Positions 39,815-50,858 of a DNA stretch of 64,000 bases are shown one piece after another. Under the pieces are notes generated by a model, which was given only the letters and a program-made list of their open reading frames with translations, was not told where the DNA came from and searched no databases. Every line of letters begins with the position of its first letter. Positions within the stretch are counted from its first letter, which is position 1. A program made the position numbers and the translations under genes. The DNA comes from an uncultured Gemmatimonadales bacterium. Its GTDB lineage: Bacteria > Gemmatimonadota > Gemmatimonadetes > Gemmatimonadales > Gemmatimonadaceae. The stretch spans positions 1,248,001-1,312,000 of the forward strand of contig CAVPQB010000004.1 of the NCBI GenBank assembly GCA_963707505.1. The letters run 5' to 3'.

Positions 39815-40569
39815 TTACTCGTTGCTTGAGGCGCGTGCCGACGCGGCGACGTAATCGCGATTCATCTGCTTGATCACGTCAAGGCTGATCTCCTTGGGGC
39901 ACGCTTCCTGACACTCACCAAACCACGAGCAATTTCCGAACCCTTCCACATCCATCTGCTCGACCATGCCGATCACGCGACGGTCCCGCTCCGGCTGACC
40001 CTGGGGCAACTTTCCGAGATGCGTGATCTTTGCCCCGGTGAACAGCGACGACGATGCGTTGGGACAGGCAGCCACGCACGCACCGCAACCTATGCACGCG
40101 GCCGCATCCATCGCATGGTCGGCGCTCGACTTGCCGATCAGGATATCGTTGCCGTCGGGCGCGCCACCAGTGTTCACGCTGACGTAACCGCCGCGCTGAA
40201 TGATGCGATCGAACGCGCTGCGATCCACGACAAGGTCCTTGATGATCGGAAACGCCCGCGCGCGCCACGGCTCGATCACTATCTCATCACCGTCCTTGAA
40301 CGTTCGCATGTGCAGCTGGCAAGCGGCCGTCGCTCGCTGCGGACCGTGCGCGACACCGTTGATCATCATGCCGCACGAGCCGCAGATCCCTTCCCTGCAA
40401 TCGTGGTCGAAGGCGATCGGCCGCTTTCCACCGACGATCAACTCCTCGTTGACGACGTCCAGCATCTCCAGAAACGACATGTCGGGCGAGACGTCTCGCG
40501 CCTCATATGTCTCGATTCTGCCAGTGTCCTTTGCCGATGGTTGGCGCCAGACGTGAAGCTTGAGGTTCA

Positions 40570-40570
<1 letters not shown>
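39815..40570 (-). CDS. sdhB: Succinate dehydrogenase/fumarate reductase Fe-S subunit
   Basis: [34 protein letters not shown]. Confidence 0.96.
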
Positions 40571-42483
<1,913 letters not shown>

Positions 42484-42486
42484 TAC

Positions 42487-43152
42487 CTATCCAATCCAGC
42501 CTAGCAGGACGCCGAGTGGCACGAGAGTGAATCCGAGCCACACCACCACCGCGATTACAACGGATAGCTGGTGCTTGAGCGGATGCGGTGAATCACCGGT
42601 GATCGATAGAGTGCGGGCGGAACTCCACGCTCCATGGTAGAGATGAAGGCCAAGAAAGACCATCGACACCATGTAGAACGCAGCAACCCACCAGACATGA
42701 AATGCCTGAACGACGTTGTGATACACGTCGCCTTCCACAAAATCGCCGCCGGGATGGAACGTGCCGGTGGTGAAATGCAGTATGTGATAGACGATGAAGA
42801 CGAGGAGCAGCACTCCACCCCATCGCATGAATCGCGACGCCAGCGTCGACGCCTGTGGCACACGCTTGGTGTAACCGTCCGGTCGCGCGGCGTGGCTCTG
42901 CTGAGTGAGCGAGTAAGCCGCGGCGACGTGAAGGATCAACGCCAGAATCAGTACGACGCGCGCGGCCCAGAGCAGCTCCGCTCCGGGTCCGTGCAGGAAA
43001 TGGCTGTATGAATTGATCGCGTCCGGTCCCTTGAATGCGAGCAGGTTTCCGGTGATGTGCGCCAGGAGAAAGCCGATTCCGATGATGCCGGTGACGGCCA
43101 TGACGATCTTCCTGCCGATCGTCGACCGCCAGAATCTGGTTACCCGGTTCAT
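42487..43152 (-). CDS. sdhC: Succinate dehydrogenase cytochrome b558 subunit (single 5-TM anchor)
   Basis: STIGRKIVMAVTG, His ligands in LAHITGN, ILHV, YHILH, LHLYHG. Confidence 0.93.
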   Translation of the reverse strand: MNRVTRFWRSTIGRKIVMAVTGIIGIGFLLAHITGNLLAFKGPDAINSYSHFLHGPGAELLWAARVVLILALILHVAAAYSLTQQSHAARPDGYTKRVPQASTLASRFMRWGGVLLLVFIVYHILHFTTGTFHPGGDFVEGDVYHNVVQAFHVWWVAAFYMVSMVFLGLHLYHGAWSSARTLSITGDSPHPLKHQLSVVIAVVVWLGFTLVPLGVLLGWIG

Positions 43153-43158
43153 CCCTGA

Positions 43159-44088
43159 TTAAAGCTTGACAGCGCGCATCGGCTCGCGAACCGCCTCGGC
43201 GCTCGCCTCGAGCGCGGTGCGTTCGTCAGCCGTAAGCTCGACCTCATAGATCTTCTCCAACCCACTGCGACCGATCTTGCATGGCACGCCGAGGAAGAGG
43301 TCGCGCAGTCCGTATTCGCCCTGCAACCATGCGGCGCATGGAAGGATGCGCTTCTGATCCTTCGCGATCGCCTCGCACATCTGCACCGCAGCAGCCGACG
43401 GCGCGTAATAAGCCGAGCCGGTCTTGAGATGTTTCACGATCTCGCCACCGCCAGTGCGGGTGCGCGCGACGATTGCGTCCAGCTTTTCCTTTGAGATCAG
43501 CTGCGTGATCGGGATTCCGCTCACGCTCGTGTAGGAAATCAGAGGCACCATCGTGTCGCCGTGTCCACCGAGTACCATCGCCTGGATGTCGCGAACCGAA
43601 ACGTCGGCTGCTTCAGCAAGGAAGCTGCGATACCGTGCGGTGTCGAGTACGCCAGCCATGCCGAGCACTCGCTCGCGCGGGAAGCCCGTGGTCTTCATCG
43701 CCACATAGGACATCACGTCGAGCGGGTTGGAGACGATGATCAGAATTGCCTTGGGCGACGTCTTCTTGATCTGCTCCGACACCTGCTTGACGATGCCGGC
43801 GTTGGTGTTGAGCAGATCGTCGCGCGACATGCCGGGCTTGCGCGCGATTCCGGCCGTGATGACGACGATGTCGGAGTCTGCCGTCTCATCGTAGCTGTTG
43901 GTGCCGATGATTCGCGAATCGAACCCTTCGATGGGAGCCGACTCCCACTGGTCGAGGCCCTTTCCCTGCGGAATCCCCTCCGCAACGTCCACCATCACTA
44001 CGTGGCGTGCAAGCTCCTTCTCGGCGAGGCGTTGAGCGGTGGTTGCGCCAACGTTACCAGCCCCGACGACCGTTATTTTATTGACCAT
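43159..44088 (-). CDS. mdh: Malate dehydrogenase (LDH-like)
   Basis: [22 protein letters not shown] (substrate Arg), SNPLD, LGGHGD, GSAYYAP. Confidence 0.97.
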   Translation of the reverse strand: MVNKITVVGAGNVGATTAQRLAEKELARHVVMVDVAEGIPQGKGLDQWESAPIEGFDSRIIGTNSYDETADSDIVVITAGIARKPGMSRDDLLNTNAGIVKQVSEQIKKTSPKAILIIVSNPLDVMSYVAMKTTGFPRERVLGMAGVLDTARYRSFLAEAADVSVRDIQAMVLGGHGDTMVPLISYTSVSGIPITQLISKEKLDAIVARTRTGGGEIVKHLKTGSAYYAPSAAAVQMCEAIAKDQKRILPCAAWLQGEYGLRDLFLGVPCKIGRSGLEKIYEVELTADERTALEASAEAVREPMRAVKL

Positions 44089-44156
44089 TTAAGTGTTCGA
44101 GTCTTGAGTGAGTCCGGTTTACCAACTGCGACGTGCCATCCTTCTAACTTAGGCGG

Positions 44157-45131
44157 CTAGCCCCCCGTTTGCGAGAGGGCGCGAAGGCCGCCCGTGCGCA
44201 GCTGGAGCAGCGCGTGCTCGCGCGGCTTCTCATCCAGCGCGCGCGCTACCAGTGCCTCCAACGGAATTCCCGCGCGGAGCGGGGTTCGGAGGTCGACCTC
44301 GTGATCGCCGAAAAGACAGGTCCGGAGCCTGCCGTCGGCGGTCAGCCGCACGCGGTTGCACGAAGCACAGTAGGTGTGCGAGATAGGTGTTATAACACCT
44401 ATCGTCCCCAGCGCGCCGGGTGCGCGATAGTAACGCGCGGGCCCATTGCCCAATGCCGGACCGATGTCCGGAAGAAGGCCCCCGAGCGCGTCATCGGTGG
44501 CGGCGAGTACTTCGTCGGATGGCACGACGTGCTCGAATTCCGAGGCACTCATGTCGCCCACCGGCATAAGCTCGATGAAGCGCACGTGCACCGGAAGATC
44601 GAGTGTAAGTCGCGCGAGCGATCCGATCTCGTCGTCGTTGACGCCGCGCACGACAACTGTGTTGACCTTCACGGGGTCAAAGCCCGCGTCGACGGCGGCG
44701 TGCAGGACGCGGACGGGATCGAACTTGAGATCCCGCCGCGCGATCGCCGCGATGCGGTCGGGGCGCAAGGAGTCAACGCTGATGTTGACACGCGTGACGC
44801 CGGCTGCGCGAAGCTCTGTGGCCATCGCCTCGAGGCGCACGCCGTTGGTCGAGAGAGCAATGTCAGTGACACCGTCGACGCTCGCGATGCGCGACACGAT
44901 GTCGCAAACGTCTCGGCGCAGTGTCGGCTCTCCGCCCGTGATCCGGATGCGGCGAAGGCCGAGTGGCGCGAGCTGCGACACGACTTCGTGTATTTCCGAT
45001 GCGGAGAGAATGTCGTCGCGCGGAATCCAGTCGAGTCCTCGCTCCGGCATGCAGTACACGCACCGGAAGTTGCACCTGTCGGTAACGGAGATGCGGAGAT
45101 ACTCGATGCTGCGTCCGAATTGATCGATCAT
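44157..45131 (-). CDS. moaA: GTP 3',8-cyclase
   Basis: YLRISVTDRCNFRCVYC, TGGEP, RFIELMP, CASCNRVR..CL, C-terminal GG. Confidence 0.96.
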   Translation of the reverse strand: MIDQFGRSIEYLRISVTDRCNFRCVYCMPERGLDWIPRDDILSASEIHEVVSQLAPLGLRRIRITGGEPTLRRDVCDIVSRIASVDGVTDIALSTNGVRLEAMATELRAAGVTRVNISVDSLRPDRIAAIARRDLKFDPVRVLHAAVDAGFDPVKVNTVVVRGVNDDEIGSLARLTLDLPVHVRFIELMPVGDMSASEFEHVVPSDEVLAATDDALGGLLPDIGPALGNGPARYYRAPGALGTIGVITPISHTYCASCNRVRLTADGRLRTCLFGDHEVDLRTPLRAGIPLEALVARALDEKPREHALLQLRTGGLRALSQTGG

Positions 45132-45592
45132 GCGTGAGCATCCTCCTTGTGCGGCGGTTGCGCGTGCGCGTCAGGTGCGCATGCATTCACCCATTCGGAT
45201 GATCCGTCGGCGTAACGCTCTCGCTTCCAGATCGGCACGCGCTTCTTGATCTCCTCGATGACGTATCTGCAGGCGTCGAAGGCGGGACCACGGTGCGCGT
45301 GAGCTGCTGCGATCATCACGCATACGTCGCCGACCGCAAGATCGCCGACGCGATGGACCGCGACGATTCGCGCGCCTGGTGCAATCGCGATTGCCTCGCG
45401 AACTATCGCCTGCATCTCCCGCTCCGCCATCCCCGCATACGTGGAATATTCGAGTCCGGTGACGCTGCGCGAATTGGAGCTGTCGCGAACCGTGCCAAGG
45501 AACGTCGCAACCGCGCCCATATGCGGATCCCGCACCTCATCGGTGATGGCCGCGACGTCGATCGGGGCCGCGACTATGCCTGACCTGCTCAT
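45128..45592 (-). CDS. moaE: Molybdopterin synthase catalytic subunit
   Basis: GAVATFLGTVR, HRVGDL, HR..AF, KKRVPIWKRE. Confidence 0.95.
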   Translation of the reverse strand: MSRSGIVAAPIDVAAITDEVRDPHMGAVATFLGTVRDSSNSRSVTGLEYSTYAGMAEREMQAIVREAIAIAPGARIVAVHRVGDLAVGDVCVMIAAAHAHRGPAFDACRYVIEEIKKRVPIWKRERYADGSSEWVNACAPDAHAQPPHKEDAHA

Positions 45593-45825
45593 CCGCCGGC
45601 TACCGGAGGGATCACTGCGATTTCGTCGCCGGGAGCGATTGCGACGTCGTCGGTCGCGTACTCCTCGTTCACAGCGATGATCGGCCGCGGCGGGAGCTTT
45701 GGCGAGAGGGCGGCTATGGCTGCGCGAACAGCGCCGACCGTGGCCGGATCTGGCACAACGACGGTGGTTCGGTCGGAGCCCAGCGCATCGGCGTAGGCAG
45801 CGAAGACGCGTACCGTGACGTTCAT
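45589..45825 (-). CDS. moaD: Molybdopterin synthase sulfur carrier
   Basis: MNVTVRVFA...AVNEEY...GDEIAVIPPVAGG; true start at ATG 45825. Confidence 0.93.
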   Translation of the reverse strand: MNVTVRVFAAYADALGSDRTTVVVPDPATVGAVRAAIAALSPKLPPRPIIAVNEEYATDDVAIAPGDEIAVIPPVAGG

Positions 45826-45841
45826 CGGTACGCCGGGCGCA

Positions 45842-46162
45842 TCAGGCCTCCGAGAGCTCTGAGATGTCGATGTCCGCGATGAGCGCCCGCAGCTCCTTGG
45901 ACGGCTTGAACACCGGGACGGGCCGCGCGGCCACCTCCACAGGAGATCCGGTGCGCGGATTCCTGGCCATGCGCGTCTTGCGCTGGCGGATCTTGAAGGT
46001 GCCGAAGCCACGCACTTCTATGTTCTGTTGCTCGCGGAGTGCGTCTTTTATCGCGTCGAGGAATGTGTCGACGACGCGAGCGCAGTCTTTCTTCGAGATC
46101 GTGGGGCCGGCGGTCTGCGCAATCTGCGCGGTTACCAGCTCGACGAGGTCTGCCTTTGTCAT
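45842..46162 (-). CDS. HU/IHF family DNA-binding protein (IHF-beta-like)
   Basis: MTKADL, EVRGFGTF, ARNPRTG, VPVFKPSKEL. Confidence 0.95.
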   Translation of the reverse strand: MTKADLVELVTAQIAQTAGPTISKKDCARVVDTFLDAIKDALREQQNIEVRGFGTFKIRQRKTRMARNPRTGSPVEVAARPVPVFKPSKELRALIADIDISELSEA

Positions 46163-46185
46163 CCCAACACCCCAATGGAATTGGC

Positions 46186-46198
46186 TAAGTCGTTGGAA
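46186..46198 (-). promoter_or_regulatory. IHF-site-like motif upstream of the HU/IHF gene
   Basis: Minus strand TTCCAACGACTTA versus consensus WATCAANNNNTTR (CAA-N4-TTA core intact, 2 mismatches). Confidence 0.35.
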
Positions 46199-46289
46199 TG
46201 TATGGGTTTACTACACGGCGCGCAAGCGGTGGATCAAGGGCCCCTCTCCTCCGGGAGGCCCATTCCAACTTCTACGCCGTGTGGGAGGG

Positions 46290-46946
46290 TCAGAGCTTCT
46301 CGAGAACCTTGCGTGCGACCATTTTCTCCTTCTCCACGAACGCCTTCGCGACAGTGGAATCGGTCATGAGTGCCATCATGTCGGTTGGGACAATCTGAAC
46401 CATCACCGCATAGTCGCCCTTGCGAGCCGTGAGCATCATCATGGTCATCACTGCTTCCTCGCCGATTCCGTCGACCGGCCCGTTCGAGGCTCCGGGCACG
46501 GTGGGCATCCCCGCGGTGATTTTTCCACCGAGCTTCGTCCCGCCGAGCAGCGCCCGCTGCGCTGCAGCGTGCTCGACTGGGTTCGAGTAATCGTCGGGAG
46601 CGATCCAGTTGATGTTGAGTGACATGCCCGCGGGATCCGACTTGGTGAAATAATGACAGTTCGACTCGCTCGAGTGTCCGTCGTCGTTCGACTCGGTGTC
46701 GGTATACGACGCGCCGGTGATCGCGTTCATGTCCTCTTTGGACATGAGCGTGCACGCAGCCACCCGCCGATCACCGGCGCGCGGCGCGTCGTGGCTTGCC
46801 GCGCTCCTTCCGCTCTGCGCATCTGCCTGGTCCGTCCTGCCGCCGCACGCGACGGCAAGTAGGCCGGAACTTGCGAGGACGACGAGGCTCGCGATGCACG
46901 GGAGTTTACGTCGGTTGTCGTGGGATGAACATTCGTGTTCCTGCAT
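46290..46946 (-). CDS. Lipoprotein, DUF3558-like
   Basis: GGAG RBS before ATG 46946; lipobox LAVAC; ACTLMSKEDM...NCHY Cys pair and PVDGIGEEA motif. Confidence 0.7.
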   Translation of the reverse strand: MQEHECSSHDNRRKLPCIASLVVLASSGLLAVACGGRTDQADAQSGRSAASHDAPRAGDRRVAACTLMSKEDMNAITGASYTDTESNDDGHSSESNCHYFTKSDPAGMSLNINWIAPDDYSNPVEHAAAQRALLGGTKLGGKITAGMPTVPGASNGPVDGIGEEAVMTMMMLTARKGDYAVMVQIVPTDMMALMTDSTVAKAFVEKEKMVARKVLEKL

Positions 46947-47040
46947 GAGAGCGTCTCCGAAGTGATGGCGTTGATGGGGTCGGGCGGTCGGCGCAATCGC
47001 CGGCGCGAATGTCAAAGGGGCCGTACTGGATGGTGATGAA

Positions 47041-48177
47041 TCATTCTCGGGTGAGCTCGACACGCCGGTTGCGCGCGCGGCCAGCCAGTGTGGCATTGGT
47101 CTCCCGTGGTACGGACGCGCCGTATCCGCCGGTAGTCAGGCGGGCCGCGGAAACTCCGCGCTGGACTAGAGCGTCCTTTACCGCAGCGGCGCGACGTGCT
47201 GAGAGGTCCTGATTCTTCGCATCGCCGCCGACGTTGTCGGTGTGGCCTTCTACTTTGAGCTTCCAGTCCGGGTGCTGCTTCATCACCTCGACGATCTCGC
47301 GCAGCACACTCTCCGATTCCGGCTTGATGACGGCACTGTTGAAGTCGAAGTAGATCCCATAGAGGACAGCCCGGCGGTCCTTTGCCAGGGAGCGCTCCAA
47401 CTCTCTTGCCGCGCCGGGTACCGGATACGCGATGCGCACGACTTCGAGTTTGTCTGTACCCATGGCGTAGCGTAGCGACAGCGGATTTGCGGGGTCATCG
47501 AGAATGTACCAATCGATGTCGGCAGGTTGGTCACCCTTCGGGAGATGACCCTTGAGATGCCATGCTTGCAGCACGGTCCGGACATTATTCACGATCACTG
47601 GAAACGCGACGGGCTTCGGCTCCGCCAATGCAAGGCTCCCGGACGCGTTGGTTCCCATCCCGAGCGTGCGATCGGCGCTGGAGCTTGTCATCATACTCAG
47701 AACGCCGCTTACGAGGCCGCCAATACCGGGAGCCTCGCCATCTATGTGCACGTCCGCACGGCCCGTCGTGCGCACATCGTTGAGCACGCTCGTGGATGCG
47801 CCAAGCGCTGTCGTGCCCGGGTATTCGTTGTCACCGTCGCTCGAGAACATGTACTTGTACGTGCGTGCTCCAGTCAGATCGACTGCGCGAACAGCACGCG
47901 CGATCCTTATCGACCTTGTGGTCTTATCCACTGGATTGGGACTTTCGCCCGTGATTGTCATCCGCATGGCGCCATCCGGAGCCAGTGCATCTATTGTCTT
48001 CAGTGTCTCGTAATCGCCGACGACGGGCGAGCTGACGGCGGTTGATATGGTAAGCCCGACTACGAGTGGAATTCTTGGCGACCCGGTCTGCGCCTGCAGG
48101 GAGAAAACGGGCAGCGATAACAGCGCCAGTGCAAGTGCGCTCTCAGGGAGGCGCACCGCACAAGATTTACGGTTCAC
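47041..48177 (-). CDS. Exported protein with C-terminal OmpA-like peptidoglycan-binding domain
   Basis: Signal peptide (SLQA); GIYFDFNSA, VEGHTDNVG, NQDLSARRA, NRRVE. Confidence 0.92.
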   Translation of the reverse strand: MNRKSCAVRLPESALALALLSLPVFSLQAQTGSPRIPLVVGLTISTAVSSPVVGDYETLKTIDALAPDGAMRMTITGESPNPVDKTTRSIRIARAVRAVDLTGARTYKYMFSSDGDNEYPGTTALGASTSVLNDVRTTGRADVHIDGEAPGIGGLVSGVLSMMTSSSADRTLGMGTNASGSLALAEPKPVAFPVIVNNVRTVLQAWHLKGHLPKGDQPADIDWYILDDPANPLSLRYAMGTDKLEVVRIAYPVPGAARELERSLAKDRRAVLYGIYFDFNSAVIKPESESVLREIVEVMKQHPDWKLKVEGHTDNVGGDAKNQDLSARRAAAVKDALVQRGVSAARLTTGGYGASVPRETNATLAGRARNRRVELTRE

Positions 48178-49669
48178 AATTGGCTCCTTCGGGGACCGAC
48201 TTGTTCACGGTTTTGTCAAACAGCGGTGCCTTGACCTCGCCGAGGCTGATGCCGAAAGCGGAGAACATCGCGCCGGCCTTGCCCGAGACAATGATTTCAT
48301 GCTTGTTGCAGTGTCTCGTACCCAGCTCGCCCGGCGTGATACTCGCGGCGGACGTCACGATATCCACGTAGCCCACGGCTTCGGTCCCGATCGCGCCGAT
48401 ACCGAGCTCGATCTTCGGGAACTGAATTGCCGCCGTGAAGCCCTGTACGCCCGCGCCGAATATGCTCGACTCGTCGTTCACCTGGGGATCCGCGTTCACC
48501 GTTCCAGTCGCGGTAACGTTCCCGGTAGTCATCGCGAATCCCTCCGATCCGTTGAACGTGGCCTTGAAGCTGCCTTCGGCCACCGCCTGTTTGCTCGTGA
48601 AAGCTGGTGCGATTTGAAACGCAGTCTTGATCCCGATTGAAAACGGAATGCCACCGATTATCAGCGGCACGCGAAACGCGGCCGGTATGCGGAGGATGAA
48701 CGCATCGGCCACACCGGTGCCAAGCGCCGTGCGCGCAGCCCAAGTGAAGTTCATCTCTCCGTTCAACGCCTTGTTGGAGAAGTCCGCAGTCGTGAGCGAT
48801 CCGCCACTTATCTCGATGTCTCCGCCGTTCGCAAAGTTCCGCAGGTATCCTGTTCCCGTGAGCTTGAGTTCGAGGGAGGGAACTTTCTCGGTCACCTCGA
48901 CGACGACATTGATGCGATCATCGCTGGGCGTGAACGCGAGCGAGTAGCCATAGTCACCGATCGTGCCGGTTGCGGCAGTCGCCGCTGGCGTTGCGGCGTT
49001 CAGCGACGGCACGAGAAAATTCCCGATGTCATCGAGCAAGACCGAACGGATGCGCGTTGGCGCGAACGACACTTTCGGGGACGAGCTTACAGCAGTCTCG
49101 CCGCGTGTCGACATCGCTCCGTGCGAGAACGTCACCTGGTGATCCCATTTTATGCTGCCCTCGCTGATCGCGTCGGTCAGCGCGGCGGCCCTGGTGTCCA
49201 CACTAAGGAGCGACCCGCTGCGCCTGACGGCTGTTACCTTGCGCAACGCGTACGTCTGAAGCAGCATGATGCTGCCCTCATGCAGCGCGTCGAGTGAAGC
49301 GGCGGGGCCATCGAACGTGTATGTGGCGCCATCGTCGCTCACTTCCCGAAGCGTATTCTCGACGGTGGTGCGATCGACGACTACCGTTGCGGGCGTGTAG
49401 GTCACGCGCACAGTCGCGCCCTCGACCGTATCTCCGCGCGCGGGCAGCACGGGTGCATGCGACGTCCGTCCGTCGTTCGCAGAGACGCTCGATGCAGTTG
49501 AGAAAGCGGTGGATCTACCGCTCGATTCGCTCACAGCCGCTGGTGGATCGGCACTCGCCCGCTTACACCCCGTCGCCACGACGAGTGCGATCGCGACGGC
49601 GACACTTGCCGCGGCACTTGCAGCGCCACTTGTCGCGCGAGTCATCTGGCGACTCCGAGCGGTGTTCAT
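48167..49669 (-). CDS. Beta-rich lipoprotein of unknown function (500 aa)
   Basis: ATGA-coupled to the upstream gene; lipobox VATGC; protein-like composition only from MNTARS onward. Confidence 0.8.
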   Translation of the reverse strand: MNTARSRQMTRATSGAASAAASVAVAIALVVATGCKRASADPPAAVSESSGRSTAFSTASSVSANDGRTSHAPVLPARGDTVEGATVRVTYTPATVVVDRTTVENTLREVSDDGATYTFDGPAASLDALHEGSIMLLQTYALRKVTAVRRSGSLLSVDTRAAALTDAISEGSIKWDHQVTFSHGAMSTRGETAVSSSPKVSFAPTRIRSVLLDDIGNFLVPSLNAATPAATAATGTIGDYGYSLAFTPSDDRINVVVEVTEKVPSLELKLTGTGYLRNFANGGDIEISGGSLTTADFSNKALNGEMNFTWAARTALGTGVADAFILRIPAAFRVPLIIGGIPFSIGIKTAFQIAPAFTSKQAVAEGSFKATFNGSEGFAMTTGNVTATGTVNADPQVNDESSIFGAGVQGFTAAIQFPKIELGIGAIGTEAVGYVDIVTSAASITPGELGTRHCNKHEIIVSGKAGAMFSAFGISLGEVKAPLFDKTVNKSVPEGANCEP

Positions 49670-50679
49670 TCGCGCGGCCGACCGAAGATTCCGCGAATCA
49701 CACCTTTTGCCTTGACCTTCGCCTGATCCTTCGCCTCTTCTGTCGCTCCTTCTTTCACGCCCTGCTTTGCGCTGTCTCCCATCTGGCCGATAAGGTTGCC
49801 CTTGCCGCCTTTGCCCTTGAGTGAATCGAGCGCCGATGCAGCCGCCCCCATACCAGCCATGATATCCATTTTGGTGTATCCCGGCGGCACCTCGAAGACA
49901 CTCGGGCTTATCGCTCCCGTCTTTATGTTCAGAAGCTCCATTGTCGAAGTGCTGGTCGAGCCGTGATCCCCCGTCGTCACAGTCTGTGTCACTGTTTTGA
50001 TGGGCACACCCGCACCGATCCTGGAGTATGCGGCTGCCATCTTGTCGGCAAAGGCCGAAGTTCCGGCGGCGGGTTGCGCACCACGTGCCATCGGATTGAA
50101 TAGACCAGCAAGCTTGGGTGCGATCCACATGTCGGTCGTTGCATGTTCCGTCGTGCGACTCGTCCGTCCCATTACCGACGTCGTCATCGTGTAGCCTGTT
50201 GTCATGCGATATTTCATCGTCGCGTAGCCCTGGATCACTTCTCCAGGCCCAAGTTGCTGAACGTCCGCGGATACGTCTGTCATTTCCGATTTCACCATAC
50301 CGCCGAGCGCCCCCTGAGCAGCGGCCGCAAACCTGGCCATGGAGTCTGGATTGATCTCCATGTAGCTCTTCTTCTCGGGATCTACGATCAACTCCGTACG
50401 CGAATCCCTGCGCACGATGATGTATGTTCCCTTCCCCATCATGCCGCCCGGCATCATCGTCTGATCGATGTCCATCCGTGAGTTGCCTCCGGAGAACTGT
50501 CCGTGCGCCGTCATCAGCGTCTGCGCAGGCGATGCATGTCCTCCACCGTCTCTTGCCGCCGTCATCCGCATGTCGTAAGTGAGCCCCTGAGCCTGCGCGG
50601 AGCGGCTCCCTCCGGCTACGGCGATGAGCGCGGCGACAGTGAAGACGACGCGCGTTCGTCCTGTGTGCATTTCGTACAT
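49666..50679 (-). CDS. Secreted protein, DUF4412-like
   Basis: GGAG RBS 8 nt before ATG 50679; signal peptide AQA; RMD, VDPEKKSYME, GEVIQGYATMKY, DMWIAP, SVFEVPPGY motifs; Lys/Gly-rich tail. Confidence 0.78.
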   Translation of the reverse strand: MYEMHTGRTRVVFTVAALIAVAGGSRSAQAQGLTYDMRMTAARDGGGHASPAQTLMTAHGQFSGGNSRMDIDQTMMPGGMMGKGTYIIVRRDSRTELIVDPEKKSYMEINPDSMARFAAAAQGALGGMVKSEMTDVSADVQQLGPGEVIQGYATMKYRMTTGYTMTTSVMGRTSRTTEHATTDMWIAPKLAGLFNPMARGAQPAAGTSAFADKMAAAYSRIGAGVPIKTVTQTVTTGDHGSTSTSTMELLNIKTGAISPSVFEVPPGYTKMDIMAGMGAAASALDSLKGKGGKGNLIGQMGDSAKQGVKEGATEEAKDQAKVKAKGVIRGIFGRPRE

Positions 50680-50763
50680 TGTCATTACTCCGTTCCAACA
50701 GGGTTCTGGGCCATTTGCCATGTAATCCGCCGGCCAGTAGATTCACCCAAGATCGCGACCGCT

Positions 50764-50807
50764 CGTTACCGCCCTGAGCCATCGCCGTTATCGTGTCCGG
50801 TAACGGC
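50764..50807. promoter_or_regulatory. Repeated CGTTA(C/T)C boxes in the divergent intergenic region
   Basis: CGTTACC 50764-50770, CGTTATC 50786-50792 (22-bp period), inverted copy GGTAACG 50799-50805. Confidence 0.5.
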
Positions 50808-50858
50808 TTCACTGGCTACGATCCGGTGGTATCGGCGCCACGCCGCGCAGGGGTTCCT

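Noticed and set aside
44120..44175. TGGCACG sigma54-like element and weak TCGCAA-17-TAAGTT upstream of mdh
   Set aside because: No GC at the -12 position, and the -35 box matches only 3 of 6; not enough support.
47005..47020. Perfect TTGACA on the minus strand upstream of the DUF3558-like lipoprotein
   Set aside because: No acceptable -10 hexamer at 16-18 nt spacing.
48167..50812. 881-aa ORF overlapping the DUF4412-like gene on the same strand
   Set aside because: The first 380 aa are Arg/His/Asp-rich off-frame text. The real gene starts at ATG 49669 (ATGA overlap, lipobox). Long open alternate frames are common at this GC content.
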